From positions 704,001-768,000 of the forward strand of contig CAWHHI010000004.1 of assembly GCA_963829055.1 (NCBI GenBank): a DNA stretch of 64,000 nt, in the 5' to 3' direction. Below are positions 19,247 through 28,722 of this stretch, in pieces (within the stretch, counting starts at the first letter, position 1; the number at the start of each line of letters is the position of its first letter). The translations under genes and the position numbers were made by a program. Origin of the DNA: an uncultured Gemmatimonadaceae bacterium. GTDB taxonomy: Bacteria; Gemmatimonadota; Gemmatimonadetes; Gemmatimonadales; Gemmatimonadaceae. The notes under the pieces were generated by a model. The model was not told the origin of the DNA. It saw only the letters and a program-made list of their open reading frames with translations, and searched no databases.

Positions 19247-19687
19247 CTAACGACCGAGAATCCGGTCGATGGTCGTGCGGAGCTTCGAGAATTCGAATGG
19301 CTTCTCGATAATCTCGCACGACGTCTCGCGCGCGAAATCCGCCGCCTCATCGGAGACGAGGTCGCCCGTGGAGAAGACGAGGCGGGGCAGGACTTCGGGG
19401 CAATCCTTCTCGATGCGGTCGTGCAGCTCGATACCGGAGAGGCCAGGCATCCGCAGGTCGGACACCACGAGCGAATAGGGAGGCGTTGCGCGCTGGCTTC
19501 GGTCGTGGAGGATCATCTCGAGCGCTCGGCCACCGTCGCCGGCCTCTTCCACTTCCCAGCCCATTCGCGTGAAGAATCGTCGCAGGGCGATCCGGATTGT
19601 CGACTCGTCATCGACGACCAACACGCGTGGCGGCGTGATCGACGGCATTCGGTTGGTCGGATCGGGCTCGTTTGTGCGCTCCATCAC
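19247..19687 (-). CDS. Single-domain response regulator; start uncertain
   Basis: VLVVDDE, SDLRMPGLSG, STG, EKPF. Confidence 0.88.
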   Translation of the reverse strand: MMERTNEPDPTNRMPSITPPRVLVVDDESTIRIALRRFFTRMGWEVEEAGDGGRALEMILHDRSQRATPPYSLVVSDLRMPGLSGIELHDRIEKDCPEVLPRLVFSTGDLVSDEAADFARETSCEIIEKPFEFSKLRTTIDRILGR

Positions 19688-19760
19688 ACCCTGACGACCG
19701 TGGTGAACTCGCGATACATCGCGTCGAGATGATCCCGACCATCAGAACAACCAGAGATGC

Positions 19761-19790
19761 AAAAGGGCTCGGCGATCTGCCGAGCCCTTC
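19761..19790 (-). terminator. Intrinsic terminator after the sigma factor gene
   Basis: Minus strand GAAGGGCTCGGC-AGATC-GCCGAGCCCTTTT. Confidence 0.85.
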
Positions 19791-19811
19791 GACACGAGAC
19801 GGCGGCGTATG

Positions 19812-20705
19812 TCAGGCCGCGGTCCAGAAGCCGGCGAGCGCCGACCCATCCGGGGACTCACGGAGCTTTTCGAACGCGCGCTCCCGAATCTGACGGATTC
19901 GCTCACGGGTAACGCCCATGAGTGCGCCGATCTTTTCGAGCGTCATGGCCTCGGAGCCTTCTTCGAGACCGTAGTAGAGATAGAGGATCTTTCGCTCACG
20001 CGGAGTGAGGTACTGTCTGAACACGCGATCGATGAACTCGCGCATCAGCTTGAAGTCGGTGACTTCCTCGATCTCGGTGCCATCGACGCCAGCGAAGCGC
20101 TCGCCGAGCGTGCAGGCTTCGCGATCGGAGCGGTCGATTGGTGCATCGAGCGAGACTTCGGTGGCGGACATCTGCTTCGCCGCGCGTACAGCTTCCGGGG
20201 TCTCCTCGAGGAGTCGACCGATCTCGCTGTCGGTGGGATCGCGCTTGAGCACCTGCGAGAGCACCGTTTCGGCGCGAGCGAGCCGGATGAGCTGAGAGTT
20301 CTGGTTGAGCGGAATTCGCACAGAGCGAGTCTGCTCGGCCAGCGCTTTCAGGACGGCCTGTCGTACCCACCAGACGGCGTACGAAATGAACTTGACGCCC
20401 TGGTCGGGATCGAATTTTCGGACGGCCTTGAGCAGGCCTTCGTTCCCGATAGCCACCAGCTCGCTCAGGTCGAGTCCGTGGCCCTGGTACTTCTTCACGT
20501 AGGAGATGACGAAGCGGAGGTTTGCCGTCACCAGCCTTTCAGCTGCCTTCTCGTCGCCTTTCTGGGCGCGTCGTGCTAACCGTCGCTCTTCTTCGGGATC
20601 GGTTATGAGAGGGAGCTTTTGTATATCCTGTAGATATTGATCGAAAGCGGTGGAGGGGGAAGAACGGAAGAACCCTTTAGACCTGCTCTCGGTCACTTGC
20701 TGCAT
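19812..20705 (-). CDS. Sigma70-family (RpoD/RpoS-like) sigma factor lacking region 1.1
   Basis: LVTANLRFV, KFISYAVWWVRQ, MTLEKIG...VTRERIRQI; only 297 aa. Confidence 0.93.
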   Translation of the reverse strand: MQQVTESRSKGFFRSSPSTAFDQYLQDIQKLPLITDPEEERRLARRAQKGDEKAAERLVTANLRFVISYVKKYQGHGLDLSELVAIGNEGLLKAVRKFDPDQGVKFISYAVWWVRQAVLKALAEQTRSVRIPLNQNSQLIRLARAETVLSQVLKRDPTDSEIGRLLEETPEAVRAAKQMSATEVSLDAPIDRSDREACTLGERFAGVDGTEIEEVTDFKLMREFIDRVFRQYLTPRERKILYLYYGLEEGSEAMTLEKIGALMGVTRERIRQIRERAFEKLRESPDGSALAGFWTAA

Positions 20706-20780
20706 ACACGCCCCTTACCATGCGGAAGGTTGATGCGAGCTCGGTCGGGATCGCTCGCGGGCTTGGTCAGCAGAGGCGGC

Positions 20781-20810
20781 ACGATAACACGGGTGTACAA
20801 TCAAGGTCAA
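20781..20810 (-). promoter_or_regulatory. Sigma70-type promoter of the sigma factor gene
   Basis: Minus strand TTGACC, 18-nt spacer ending in TGT (extended -10), then TATCGT. Confidence 0.6.
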
Positions 20811-20900
20811 CAGGTTTTTTGACGGTGACTTCTGCGCGACGCGCTGCGATGTGGGATGTCGTTGGCGAGTAACGATTTGTGATGTTTCGCACGCGCGCAC

Positions 20901-20937
20901 AAAAAACGGGGAGGCATGAGGCCTCCCCGTCGTTTTT
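20901..20937. terminator. Intrinsic terminator, potentially bidirectional
   Basis: AAAAAACGGGGAGGC-ATGAG-GCCTCCCCGTCGTTTTT. Confidence 0.85.
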
Positions 20938-20951
20938 CAGCCGAAAATTGG

Positions 20952-21131
20952 TCAGACCGCCGGCGGATCGCGCGGTTTCGTCCGCGAAGTTGCCATCAGA
21001 ATGCCGATGCCGAGCAGCACGACGACGCCGACGAGGATCCATGTCGGAGGCACGTTGAGCAGGTACGCGGCGATCCCAAGCCCGATGATCAGAATGATGA
21101 AGCCGACGAGATAGGTGCCGAAGGACGACAT
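20952..21131 (-). CDS. Small two-helix membrane protein (59 aa)
   Basis: MSSFGTYLVGFIILIIGLGIAAYLLNVPPTWILVGVVVLLGIGIL...; GGAG RBS; terminator downstream. Confidence 0.75.
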   Translation of the reverse strand: MSSFGTYLVGFIILIIGLGIAAYLLNVPPTWILVGVVVLLGIGILMATSRTKPRDPPAV

Positions 21132-21191
21132 TGCTGTCTCCGGTGGAGTCACCCCATGCATGAGCAAGCCGCGTTCCCTGACCCCGACGAA

Positions 21192-22298
21192 CTACGCCAA
21201 CGCGCGAATGATCTCGAGCGAGCGTTCGTCCGGAACGTGAACACCCCATCCTGACGTTTCCCCGGCCATCTCGCCCACGCGCTTCGGCAAGGCGTACTCG
21301 AGCATGCCGCGGCGCCGCTTCTTGTCGGCGCGCATGAGTGCGAAGACCCGGTCTGCGCTGAGCGCACGCGGCATCGTGCAGGGGAGTCCGATGCTCTCGA
21401 CTGCCCGCTTGATTCCCGCAGCCGTGCCGGCGTCCGCGATGCCGACGTGCTCCGCGAGCCTCGCTTCGGCGACCATGCCGATGGCGACCGCCTCACCGTG
21501 CAGCAGCGAGTAGTCGCTCCCCGCTTCCACGCCATGACCGATGGTGTGCCCGAAGTTCAGCACCTTTCGAAGGCCGTGTTCACGTTCGTCGGTTGCGACC
21601 ACGCGGGCTTTGATACGGATGCTTCGCTCGATGAGCGGCTCGAGTGTGGAGACTGGTGTGTTCCCGGCGAGCAAGCCAGGCACGAGGGCGATGACCGCGT
21701 CGATCTCGGATTCGTCGGCGATGACGGCGTGCTTGATCACTTCCGCGAAGCCCGCGCGCAACTCGCGTGGTGGGAGCGATGCGAGCGTAGACGGATCGAT
21801 CACGACGAGCGCCGGCGGGTGAAACGCGCCGACGGTGTTCTTGCCGGCCGGCGTGTCCACGGCTGTCTTGCCGCCAACGGACGCATCGACCATCGCGAGC
21901 AGCGTCGTGGGCACCTGCACGACCGGGACGCCACGCATGTACGTCGCGGCGACGAACCCGGCGAGATCTCCAATGACGCCGCCGCCCAGCGCGATGATGG
22001 TCGTGTCTCGGGCGCAGCCTCGCTCGAGCAGTGTGTCGGTGATCGCGCTCCACTGTTCTCGCGTCTTGTGCTGCTCGCCGGCGGGGATGACGACCGTGTG
22101 TACGCGGTCATCGCTCGTGCCGAGCGACGCGCTCACGAGCGCGTCGTGCACGGCGCCGAGGTAGTGCGGCGCGACGTTGTCGTCCGTGACGATCGCGTAC
22201 TGGTGTGCCGATGCATGCTCGCCGACAAGCTCGGCGAGCCTGCCCAGCGCGCCGCTGGCGACGACGATCGGGTAGCCGAGAACGTCGATGGACGTCAC
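21192..22298 (-). CDS. aroB: 3-dehydroquinate synthase
   Basis: GGGVIGDLAGF, PTTLLAMVDASVGGKT, LNFGHTIGH, HGEAVAIGM. Confidence 0.95.
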   Translation of the reverse strand: MTSIDVLGYPIVVASGALGRLAELVGEHASAHQYAIVTDDNVAPHYLGAVHDALVSASLGTSDDRVHTVVIPAGEQHKTREQWSAITDTLLERGCARDTTIIALGGGVIGDLAGFVAATYMRGVPVVQVPTTLLAMVDASVGGKTAVDTPAGKNTVGAFHPPALVVIDPSTLASLPPRELRAGFAEVIKHAVIADESEIDAVIALVPGLLAGNTPVSTLEPLIERSIRIKARVVATDEREHGLRKVLNFGHTIGHGVEAGSDYSLLHGEAVAIGMVAEARLAEHVGIADAGTAAGIKRAVESIGLPCTMPRALSADRVFALMRADKKRRRGMLEYALPKRVGEMAGETSGWGVHVPDERSLEIIRALA

Positions 22299-22302
22299 AC
22301 GG

Positions 22303-22854
22303 CTACCAGGTGACCTCGCCCGCGCCCGCCCGTCGGTTGGCGACGCGCGAGAGCACAAAGAGCAGGTCTGACAGGCGATTCAGGTAGATGACGACGAGTT
22401 GCGGGATGTCATCCTCGCGGCGCAGGTGGACGACACGTCGCTCGGCGCGGCGGCAGACGGTTCGTGCCACGTGGAGCGCCGCGGCCTTCGGAGTACCGCC
22501 CGGTACGATGAAGGCCTTGAGCGGCTCGAGCTCACTCTCGCCGTCGTCGATGGCGCGTTCGAGCTGGGCGATGCGGTCCTCATCGACGCGCGCCTTGATG
22601 AGCTGCTCGCGCATCTTGTCGGGGTTGGGCGTCGCGAGGAGCGCGCCGATCGCGAACAGGTCACGCTGAATGGGCACGAGGACCTCGTCGATGCGCGGCA
22701 TCATCTCCACGGCGCGCGCCATCCCGAGAATCGCGTTCAGCTCGTCGATGTCACCGTAGGCCTCGACGCGCGGGTGATCCTTTCCGACGCGTCCACCGCC
22801 GAACAGGCCGGTGTCGCCGGTGTCGCCGGTCTTGGTGTAGATCTTCGTCGTCAT
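22303..22854 (-). CDS. PduO-type cob(I)alamin adenosyltransferase
   Basis: KIYTKTGDTGDT, YGDIDELN, RTVCRRAER, YLNRLSD. Confidence 0.93.
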   Translation of the reverse strand: MTTKIYTKTGDTGDTGLFGGGRVGKDHPRVEAYGDIDELNAILGMARAVEMMPRIDEVLVPIQRDLFAIGALLATPNPDKMREQLIKARVDEDRIAQLERAIDDGESELEPLKAFIVPGGTPKAAALHVARTVCRRAERRVVHLRREDDIPQLVVIYLNRLSDLLFVLSRVANRRAGAGEVTW

Positions 22855-22920
22855 GCGGATAAAGTAGCCGTGCTGTGACGGGTTCGCCGCGACTCGGGCT
22901 GCTGCGTACTGAAAGCAATT

Positions 22921-23053
22921 CACCACCGAGGACGCGGAGGACGGAAAGGACCGCTTCACCAACCATCCAGAACCAAGGGTGTGAACGGAAACGGCCGGAA
23001 GCATCGGATCGGTGCCAAAGCAATTCTTTGCGTGCTCCGCGTCCTTTGCGGTG
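22921..23053. repeat. Imperfect inverted repeat built of GAGGACGCG-like nonamers (REP/MITE-like)
   Basis: CACCACCGAGGACGCGGAGGACGGAAAG versus the reverse complement of CTTTGCGTGCTCCGCGTCCTTTGCGGTG. Confidence 0.7.
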
Positions 23054-23135
23054 CATCACTGTTGGACGCGTCTCTGCGTGTTCGGCGACACCGACTGGCT
23101 TCGCAAATCCGCGAAGAACCTTATTCTTCCACCGC

Positions 23136-24155
23136 ATGACGACCCACGATCTCACCGACATCACGATCATCGGCGGCGGACCGACGGGTTTGTTCGCCCA
23201 GTTCTACGCCGGCATGCGAAAGGCGACATCGCGCATCGTCGACGCGTTGCCGGAGCTTGGCGGACAACTCAAGGCGCTGTATCCCGAAAAGCTGATCTTC
23301 GACGTTGGTGGGTTTCCCAAGGTTCTCGCGAAGGACCTCGTCAATCAGCTCGCCGCGCAGGCGGGACAGTTCGGGTCGAAGTCGTACCTCGGAGAACGGG
23401 TCGTTGGGCTGACCCAAGAGAACGGGCATTTCGTCGTCGCCACAGAGCGGAACCAGTTTCCATCGCGGGCGGTGGTCATCGCAGGTGGCATTGGCGCGTT
23501 CTCGCCACGGCGTCTGCCGCAAGCGTGCGCCGAGCCGTGGTATGGCCGTGGTGTGCACGAGATCGTGACGGATCCCGAGGAGTTTCGCGGGCGCCGCATC
23601 GTGATCATCGGTGGTGGTGACACCGCGTTCGACTGGGCGCATCAGCTGCTCGATCGCGCGGCGTCAGTGACGCTCGTGCATCGGAGTGACCGATTCCGCG
23701 CGCACGCCGCGACGGTGAGCGAAGTGGAATCCGCGGCGGCACAGGGTAGGGCACAGCTGCTCACGTTTCATGAGCTCGCCGACATCACCTCCACGGGCGA
23801 CCAACTGAGCGGCGTGGTGCTCAAGGACATCAAGGGCAAGACGACGCGCGCGCTCGAAGCCGATGCGATCCTGCCGATGCTCGGTTTCGTCAGTGATCTT
23901 GGTGCGTTGACGGAGTGGGGGCTGCAGATCGTGAATGACGAGATCGTGGTCACGAGCACGATGGAGACGGGTCGCCCGGGGATATACGCCGCGGGAGACA
24001 TCACGACGTATCCGGGGAAGCTCAAGCTCATCGCCACGGGATTCGGCGAGGCGGCCATCGCGGTGAATCAGGCCGTGCACTGGATCTATCCGGACAAGAA
24101 GGTGAATCCGGGGCACAGCTCGAACCTCGCCATCTTCGGGCAGAAGGACGACTAG
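23136..24155 (+). CDS. Thioredoxin-reductase-like ferredoxin-NADP+ reductase
   Basis: IIGGGPTG, GGQLKALYPEK, GGGDTAFD, YPGKLKLI, PGHSS; no CxxC. Confidence 0.9.
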   Translation: MTTHDLTDITIIGGGPTGLFAQFYAGMRKATSRIVDALPELGGQLKALYPEKLIFDVGGFPKVLAKDLVNQLAAQAGQFGSKSYLGERVVGLTQENGHFVVATERNQFPSRAVVIAGGIGAFSPRRLPQACAEPWYGRGVHEIVTDPEEFRGRRIVIIGGGDTAFDWAHQLLDRAASVTLVHRSDRFRAHAATVSEVESAAAQGRAQLLTFHELADITSTGDQLSGVVLKDIKGKTTRALEADAILPMLGFVSDLGALTEWGLQIVNDEIVVTSTMETGRPGIYAAGDITTYPGKLKLIATGFGEAAIAVNQAVHWIYPDKKVNPGHSSNLAIFGQKDD

Positions 24156-24170
24156 CAGGCTGATTCGCCG

Positions 24171-24620
24171 CTACTGCTTCGCGAGCACCACCTGCACGCG
24201 CGACCCGCCGAACGTGTCGTCCGCGACCAGCAGGTTGCCGGCGACCTGGAATGAGAGGTCCTGGATGAAGATGTCGGACGGGACGCCGTCGATCTTCACC
24301 TCGCCTTTCGTGATCTTCCACGTGCCCGCGAAGTCCTTATCGACTGCTTTACGCGGGATGGTAGCGTGACCGCGCACTGATCCCGCTGGATCGAATGCCG
24401 CGGACAGCGACCCGCCGGACTGCAGGATGTTGTCGGCGCCTAACGCGGTGGTCACCGTGAACGTGGTCGCGCGGTAGCTGCCGGGGACGTGCAGGGCCGT
24501 GGGCGATTCCGAGTTGTTTTCCCTGCATGCAGTGCCTAACAAAAGCGTGCCCATCGTCGCGAGCATAGCGATTCGCCGCAGGTCCCGCGCGCCACCAGCG
24601 CTACGTGTCTTTTCGAGCAT
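24171..24620 (-). CDS. Hypothetical beta-rich lipoprotein; start uncertain
   Basis: Hydrophobic stretch ending GTAC; downstream of the MazG-like gene on the same strand. Confidence 0.6.
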   Translation of the reverse strand: MLEKTRSAGGARDLRRIAMLATMGTLLLGTACRENNSESPTALHVPGSYRATTFTVTTALGADNILQSGGSLSAAFDPAGSVRGHATIPRKAVDKDFAGTWKITKGEVKIDGVPSDIFIQDLSFQVAGNLLVADDTFGGSRVQVVLAKQ

Positions 24621-24969
24621 TGCTCGCCTCGTCCGAATAGCCTTCGGGATAGCGACGACTGAGCTTCGCGAGATTCACGGCCGCTATTTCATCGAGCGAT
24701 ACGCCGAGTGCGCCGGCCGCCGCCGTTAGGCACCAGAGCGCGTCGCCAAGCTCCGTCACGAGCCGCACGACGTCGAGCTCGTGGTGCATGAACGCGTGCT
24801 TGCGTACGAGCCCGAGTGCCTCGCCTGCTTCCTCCGCCAGCCCAGCGGTCGCGTCGAGTAGACGCTGATCACGTGGGAGCGCTGTATTGAGTGTGCGAGC
24901 GGCGAGACGCTGGTACTCGACGAGCGTGAGCGGAGCGTGGTCGGGGCCACCAGTTCGCGAGTCACTCAT
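24601..24969 (-). CDS. MazG-like nucleotide pyrophosphohydrolase
   Basis: GLAEEAGE, ELGDALW, NLAKLSRRYPEG. Confidence 0.88.
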   Translation of the reverse strand: MSDSRTGGPDHAPLTLVEYQRLAARTLNTALPRDQRLLDATAGLAEEAGEALGLVRKHAFMHHELDVVRLVTELGDALWCLTAAAGALGVSLDEIAAVNLAKLSRRYPEGYSDEASNARKDT

Positions 24970-25882
24970 AAGCGACGCGTGGATCCGCTTTGGCGTACGC
25001 GATGTCCGTCAGGAGGTTCACGGCGACGAACACGACACTGAGGAACAGCACCGAGCCCTGAATCGCCGGCAGGTCGCGACGAGAGATGGCGTTCACCACG
25101 TACCGCCCCAGCCCTGGCCAACTGAATATCGTCTCGGTGAGAATGCTGCCGGTGAGGTAGTATCCGAAATCGAGGCCGAGCACGGTGATGACCGGGATGA
25201 GCGCGTTGCGCAGGGCGTGTCTGACGACGACCGCTCGCTCGACGAGTCCCTTGGCGCGCGCCGTTCGCACGAAGTCGCTGCCTAACACCTCGAGCATCGA
25301 TGAGCGTGTGACGCGCGCGAGGAACGCGATGGATCGGGAGCCGAGGGCGAGGGCCGGAAGCACGAGATACTGAGCGCGTCCGTACCCTGATGGCGGAAGC
25401 CAACGTAGCGTGACGGCGAACAACAGGATGAGCAGCAGCCCGACCCAGTAGACCGGAAAGGAGATGCCGAGGTAGGCGGCACCGAGCGAGATGCGATCGA
25501 TCCAGCCGCCCGGCCAGCGCGCGCTCACCACGCCGATCGTGATGCCGACGAACGCGGCGAGAACCATCGCGGTTGCCGCGAGCAGCAGCGTCTTCGGGAA
25601 ACGCTCCGCGATATCGCGCAGAATGGGTCGCCCCGTGATATAGGAGGTCCCGAGATCACCGCGCAGCACGCCACCGGCGTAATGCGCGAACTGCAGGTGG
25701 ATCGGATCATCGAGGCGAAGCTCGCGACGCAGTCGCGCGATGGTTTCGGCGTCGGCGCGTTCGCCGACCATCTCCTGCACCGGGTCGCCGGGCGCGACGT
25801 ACAGCAGTAGGAAGACAACGACCAGCACGCCCGCCAATGTGGGAATGGCGAGCAGCACGCGCCGCAGGAGAAACGAAGGCAA
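24962..25882 (-). CDS. Peptide/nickel ABC transporter permease (DppB/OppB type)
   Basis: PGDP, GDLGTS, FVRTARAKG, HALRNA, GSILTETIFSWPGLG. Confidence 0.93.
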   Translation of the reverse strand: MPSFLLRRVLLAIPTLAGVLVVVFLLLYVAPGDPVQEMVGERADAETIARLRRELRLDDPIHLQFAHYAGGVLRGDLGTSYITGRPILRDIAERFPKTLLLAATAMVLAAFVGITIGVVSARWPGGWIDRISLGAAYLGISFPVYWVGLLLILLFAVTLRWLPPSGYGRAQYLVLPALALGSRSIAFLARVTRSSMLEVLGSDFVRTARAKGLVERAVVVRHALRNALIPVITVLGLDFGYYLTGSILTETIFSWPGLGRYVVNAISRRDLPAIQGSVLFLSVVFVAVNLLTDIAYAKADPRVAYE

Positions 25883-27448
25883 CTACTGTCTCTGTTCCGG
25901 ACCCACGATCTTCACGTCGGTCCAGCGTTGACCGTTGAAGATCGTCGGAACCTTGAAGTTCCGGATCCAGGGTTGAACCGCGTACAGGTCGTTGAAAAAG
26001 AAGAGCGGCACCATCGGTGCGTCGGCGTACGCGAGCGAGTCGGCAGACCGATAGAGCGTTGCACGTTTCGCATCATCCTGTTCGCGACGAGCGGCGAGCA
26101 TAACGCGGTCGAACGCCGGGTTCGCGTAGAACGACACGTTGCCCCCGGGCCCTTTGCTGCCGGAGTAGAGCAGCGGATACAGAAAGCTGTCGGCGTCGGG
26201 ATAGTCGGCGTACCACGTCTTGAGCGTCATGTCGGTCTCGCCTTTGCGCGCGGCCTCACGCGCCGACGACGCATCGCGCTGCACGAGCTTCGTGCGAATG
26301 CCGGCGGCGTTCAGATATCCCTGCACAGCCTGTGACAGGCGCGCGATCGTCGCGTCCTGCGAGTGCCAGAGCTCGACGTCGATCCCGTTCGGATGGCCAG
26401 CGGCCGCCAGCAGCTGCTTCGCTTTCGCGGGGTCGTATGCATAACGACTGCGGGTGGAGTCACCACCGTCGAGGATTGGTGAGACGACGCCGCGGGCGAG
26501 AAATCCCCGCCCACCCATGAGTTGGTCGAGGATGGTTTTCGTATCGACAGCGTGGTTGATGGCCTGACGAACGCGAGCGTCCGTGAGCGGTGGCCGCGTG
26601 GTGTTGAGCGCGAGGTAATAGAGAATGAGCGCGGGTGCGCTCTGTAGCATGGCGCTCTTCTCGTCCGTCTGCTCCCAAGCCACAGTCTCGCCTTGGGGAA
26701 TCACCAGGACGTCCACGTTCCCGCTCTCGAACTCCGCGACCGCGGTGCTCGGTTCCGGAATGATGCGCGCGATCAGCGTGTCCGTTGCAGGAGCGCCGCC
26801 CCAGTACGTCGGATTGCGCGTGAATTTGAGATAGTCGTCGTGCTTCCATTCCACGAACGTCCACGGTCCCGTGCCGACGGGATGTTGTCCGAAGTCCGCG
26901 GGAATGGAGTCGGGCACGATGGACGCGACAGGCATCGCGAGCAACTTCGGAAAGGACGCCAACGGCTGAGACAGCGTGATGACGACGGTCGAGTCGTCAG
27001 GGGCCGACAGTCCCGAGATCGATTTCGCCCGACCCGCCGCGAACTCGGCCGATCCGCTGATCGGGGCGAGCGGCTCGGCTCGACCGCCCTTGGTGCTCGG
27101 GTCCAAGGCACGTTGGAATGTGCGGACGACGTTCTGAGCCGAGAACGGTGTGCCGTCGTGGAACTTCACGCCGCGCCGGAGATGGAACGTGTACGTGAGC
27201 CCGTTCGGCGAGATGTCCCATCGTTCGGCGAGGCCCGGTTCGACGCGCGCATCCGGCGTGAACCGCGTCAGCCCATCGAAGACGTACGAGACGGCGCGCC
27301 CGGTGGGGACATCGGTCGAGAGCGCTGGATCCAGCGACCGCGGGTCGTATGTATCCCGCGAGTCGACGATGGAGCGGCGCTGCGGGGCCGATTCGCCTCC
27401 GCGGCAGGCGAGCGTTGCGAGGGCCAGCAGGATGAGGCGAATGCGCAT
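25883..27448 (-). CDS. Family 5 ABC substrate-binding lipoprotein (DppA/OppA type)
   Basis: Lipobox TLAC; SLDP, LAERWDIS...YTFHLRRGVKFHDG, PVGTGPW. Confidence 0.93.
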   Translation of the reverse strand: MRIRLILLALATLACRGGESAPQRRSIVDSRDTYDPRSLDPALSTDVPTGRAVSYVFDGLTRFTPDARVEPGLAERWDISPNGLTYTFHLRRGVKFHDGTPFSAQNVVRTFQRALDPSTKGGRAEPLAPISGSAEFAAGRAKSISGLSAPDDSTVVITLSQPLASFPKLLAMPVASIVPDSIPADFGQHPVGTGPWTFVEWKHDDYLKFTRNPTYWGGAPATDTLIARIIPEPSTAVAEFESGNVDVLVIPQGETVAWEQTDEKSAMLQSAPALILYYLALNTTRPPLTDARVRQAINHAVDTKTILDQLMGGRGFLARGVVSPILDGGDSTRSRYAYDPAKAKQLLAAAGHPNGIDVELWHSQDATIARLSQAVQGYLNAAGIRTKLVQRDASSAREAARKGETDMTLKTWYADYPDADSFLYPLLYSGSKGPGGNVSFYANPAFDRVMLAARREQDDAKRATLYRSADSLAYADAPMVPLFFFNDLYAVQPWIRNFKVPTIFNGQRWTDVKIVGPEQRQ

Positions 27449-27526
27449 TGACAATGGCAGGTGAAACACGAGAACTTACCGATCCCCAGTTCGTTCCGCC
27501 AATCTACGCTAGGCTGCTGTCTGACC

Positions 27527-28453
27527 GTGAGTTACCTGCTGTTCGCCGACGATAACGAGGACATGCGGTTGATGCTGCGTGACCTCTTTCACTCGTCGGG
27601 GCACGAGGTCAGCCTGGCCGAAGACGGGCTCGCTGCTCTCGCGTCGATCCGCGAACGCGAGCCCGACCTTGTCATTCTCGACCATAGCATGCCGGGAATG
27701 TCAGGGTTCGAGGTGTGTCGAAACGTGAAGCGAAATCCATTCACGTCACGCATCCCGGTACTCATGTTGACGGCACAATCGGAGATCGAAAGCAAAATCG
27801 AAGGGTTCGCTGCAGGCGCCGACGATTATCTCGCCAAGCCATTTGATCCGCGCGAACTGCGGGCGCGAGTCTCAGCGTTGCTCAGACTGGTGGAGCGCGA
27901 GGGTGACCGCAACCCGACCAGTGGCTTACCCGGCGGGCACGCGATCGAGAAGGAGATCGCGCGCCGAGTCGGGAAGGCGGAACCGTTTGCCGTATGCTAT
28001 CTCGATCTGGATAACTTCAAGGCGTTCGCTGATACGTTCGGCTTCGCCACTGCCGATATCGTCATTCGCGGACTGGGGGCGGCGATCCGAGATTCCGCAT
28101 ACGCCATCGCGGGTGAGGGCGGGGGCGACTTCGTCGGCCACATTGGCGGCGATGACTTCATCGTTGTCACCACGGAACCGCACGGCGAGGCGATCGTCAA
28201 GGAATGCGCGCGCCGGTTCCGCGATGTGATCGCGCGCGCGGTCGGTGATGAGGCGGCCGAAAGCGGGTACTTCACTGGCGTCGATCGCGACGGCCACATC
28301 AAGCGCTTTCCGCTGGCTCACGTGTCGGCCGCAGTGATGCTCGTACGTCCGGAGTGCTGGGTCAATCTCGCGCACTTCGGGATGGCGGCCGCAGACGCCA
28401 AGCGTCGCGCGAAGCAGCAAGGTGCCGGGAGCATCCTCGTCGAGACGGTGTAG
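27527..28453 (+). CDS. Response regulator with a GGDEF-family domain (GGDDF variant)
   Basis: REC domain (ADD, LDHSMP, KPF) followed by DLDNFKAFAD and HIGGDDF. Confidence 0.88.
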   Translation: MSYLLFADDNEDMRLMLRDLFHSSGHEVSLAEDGLAALASIREREPDLVILDHSMPGMSGFEVCRNVKRNPFTSRIPVLMLTAQSEIESKIEGFAAGADDYLAKPFDPRELRARVSALLRLVEREGDRNPTSGLPGGHAIEKEIARRVGKAEPFAVCYLDLDNFKAFADTFGFATADIVIRGLGAAIRDSAYAIAGEGGGDFVGHIGGDDFIVVTTEPHGEAIVKECARRFRDVIARAVGDEAAESGYFTGVDRDGHIKRFPLAHVSAAVMLVRPECWVNLAHFGMAAADAKRRAKQQGAGSILVETV

Positions 28454-28506
28454 CTCGTCGGGAGATGGGATTGGGAAGTGGGTCAAACGCATCGACAACG
28501 CCGGCA

Positions 28507-28722
28507 ATGCTCAAACGGGAAGCGCCACGCACCAAAAGCGAGTACGTCTATCGTCGCAAGCTCGAGCCGCAGGAGCTGCTACCCGCTCTTGGCGTCGCTG
28601 TGGGCGTTGGTGCGTTCGCCTTCTACGTCGCATACCTGTTCCTCCAGCGCACACCGCTCGACCCGAACACCATAGCCGCGACGACGCCACGCAGACGACT
28701 GTCCAGCGGGGCGTCCGACTGA
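28507..28722 (+). CDS. Small single-TM hypothetical protein
   Basis: Hydrophobic helix LLPALGVAVGVGAFAFYVAYLFL; TGATG coupling with tamA. Confidence 0.6.
   Translation: MLKREAPRTKSEYVYRRKLEPQELLPALGVAVGVGAFAFYVAYLFLQRTPLDPNTIAATTPRRRLSSGASD

Noticed and set aside
22855..23135. Cobalamin riboswitch upstream of the adenosyltransferase
   Set aside because: No B12-box or GGGAA/GCCACTG core seen; the spacer is explained by an inverted repeat and two -10 boxes.
24601..24969. MazG-like gene as an anti-phage or toxin-antitoxin system
   Set aside because: It overlaps an ABC permease in a housekeeping context, with no defence or mobile genes nearby.
27527..28453. GGDDF as a novel cyclase class
   Set aside because: GGDDF is a commonly seen GGDEF variant, and activity cannot be judged from sequence alone.
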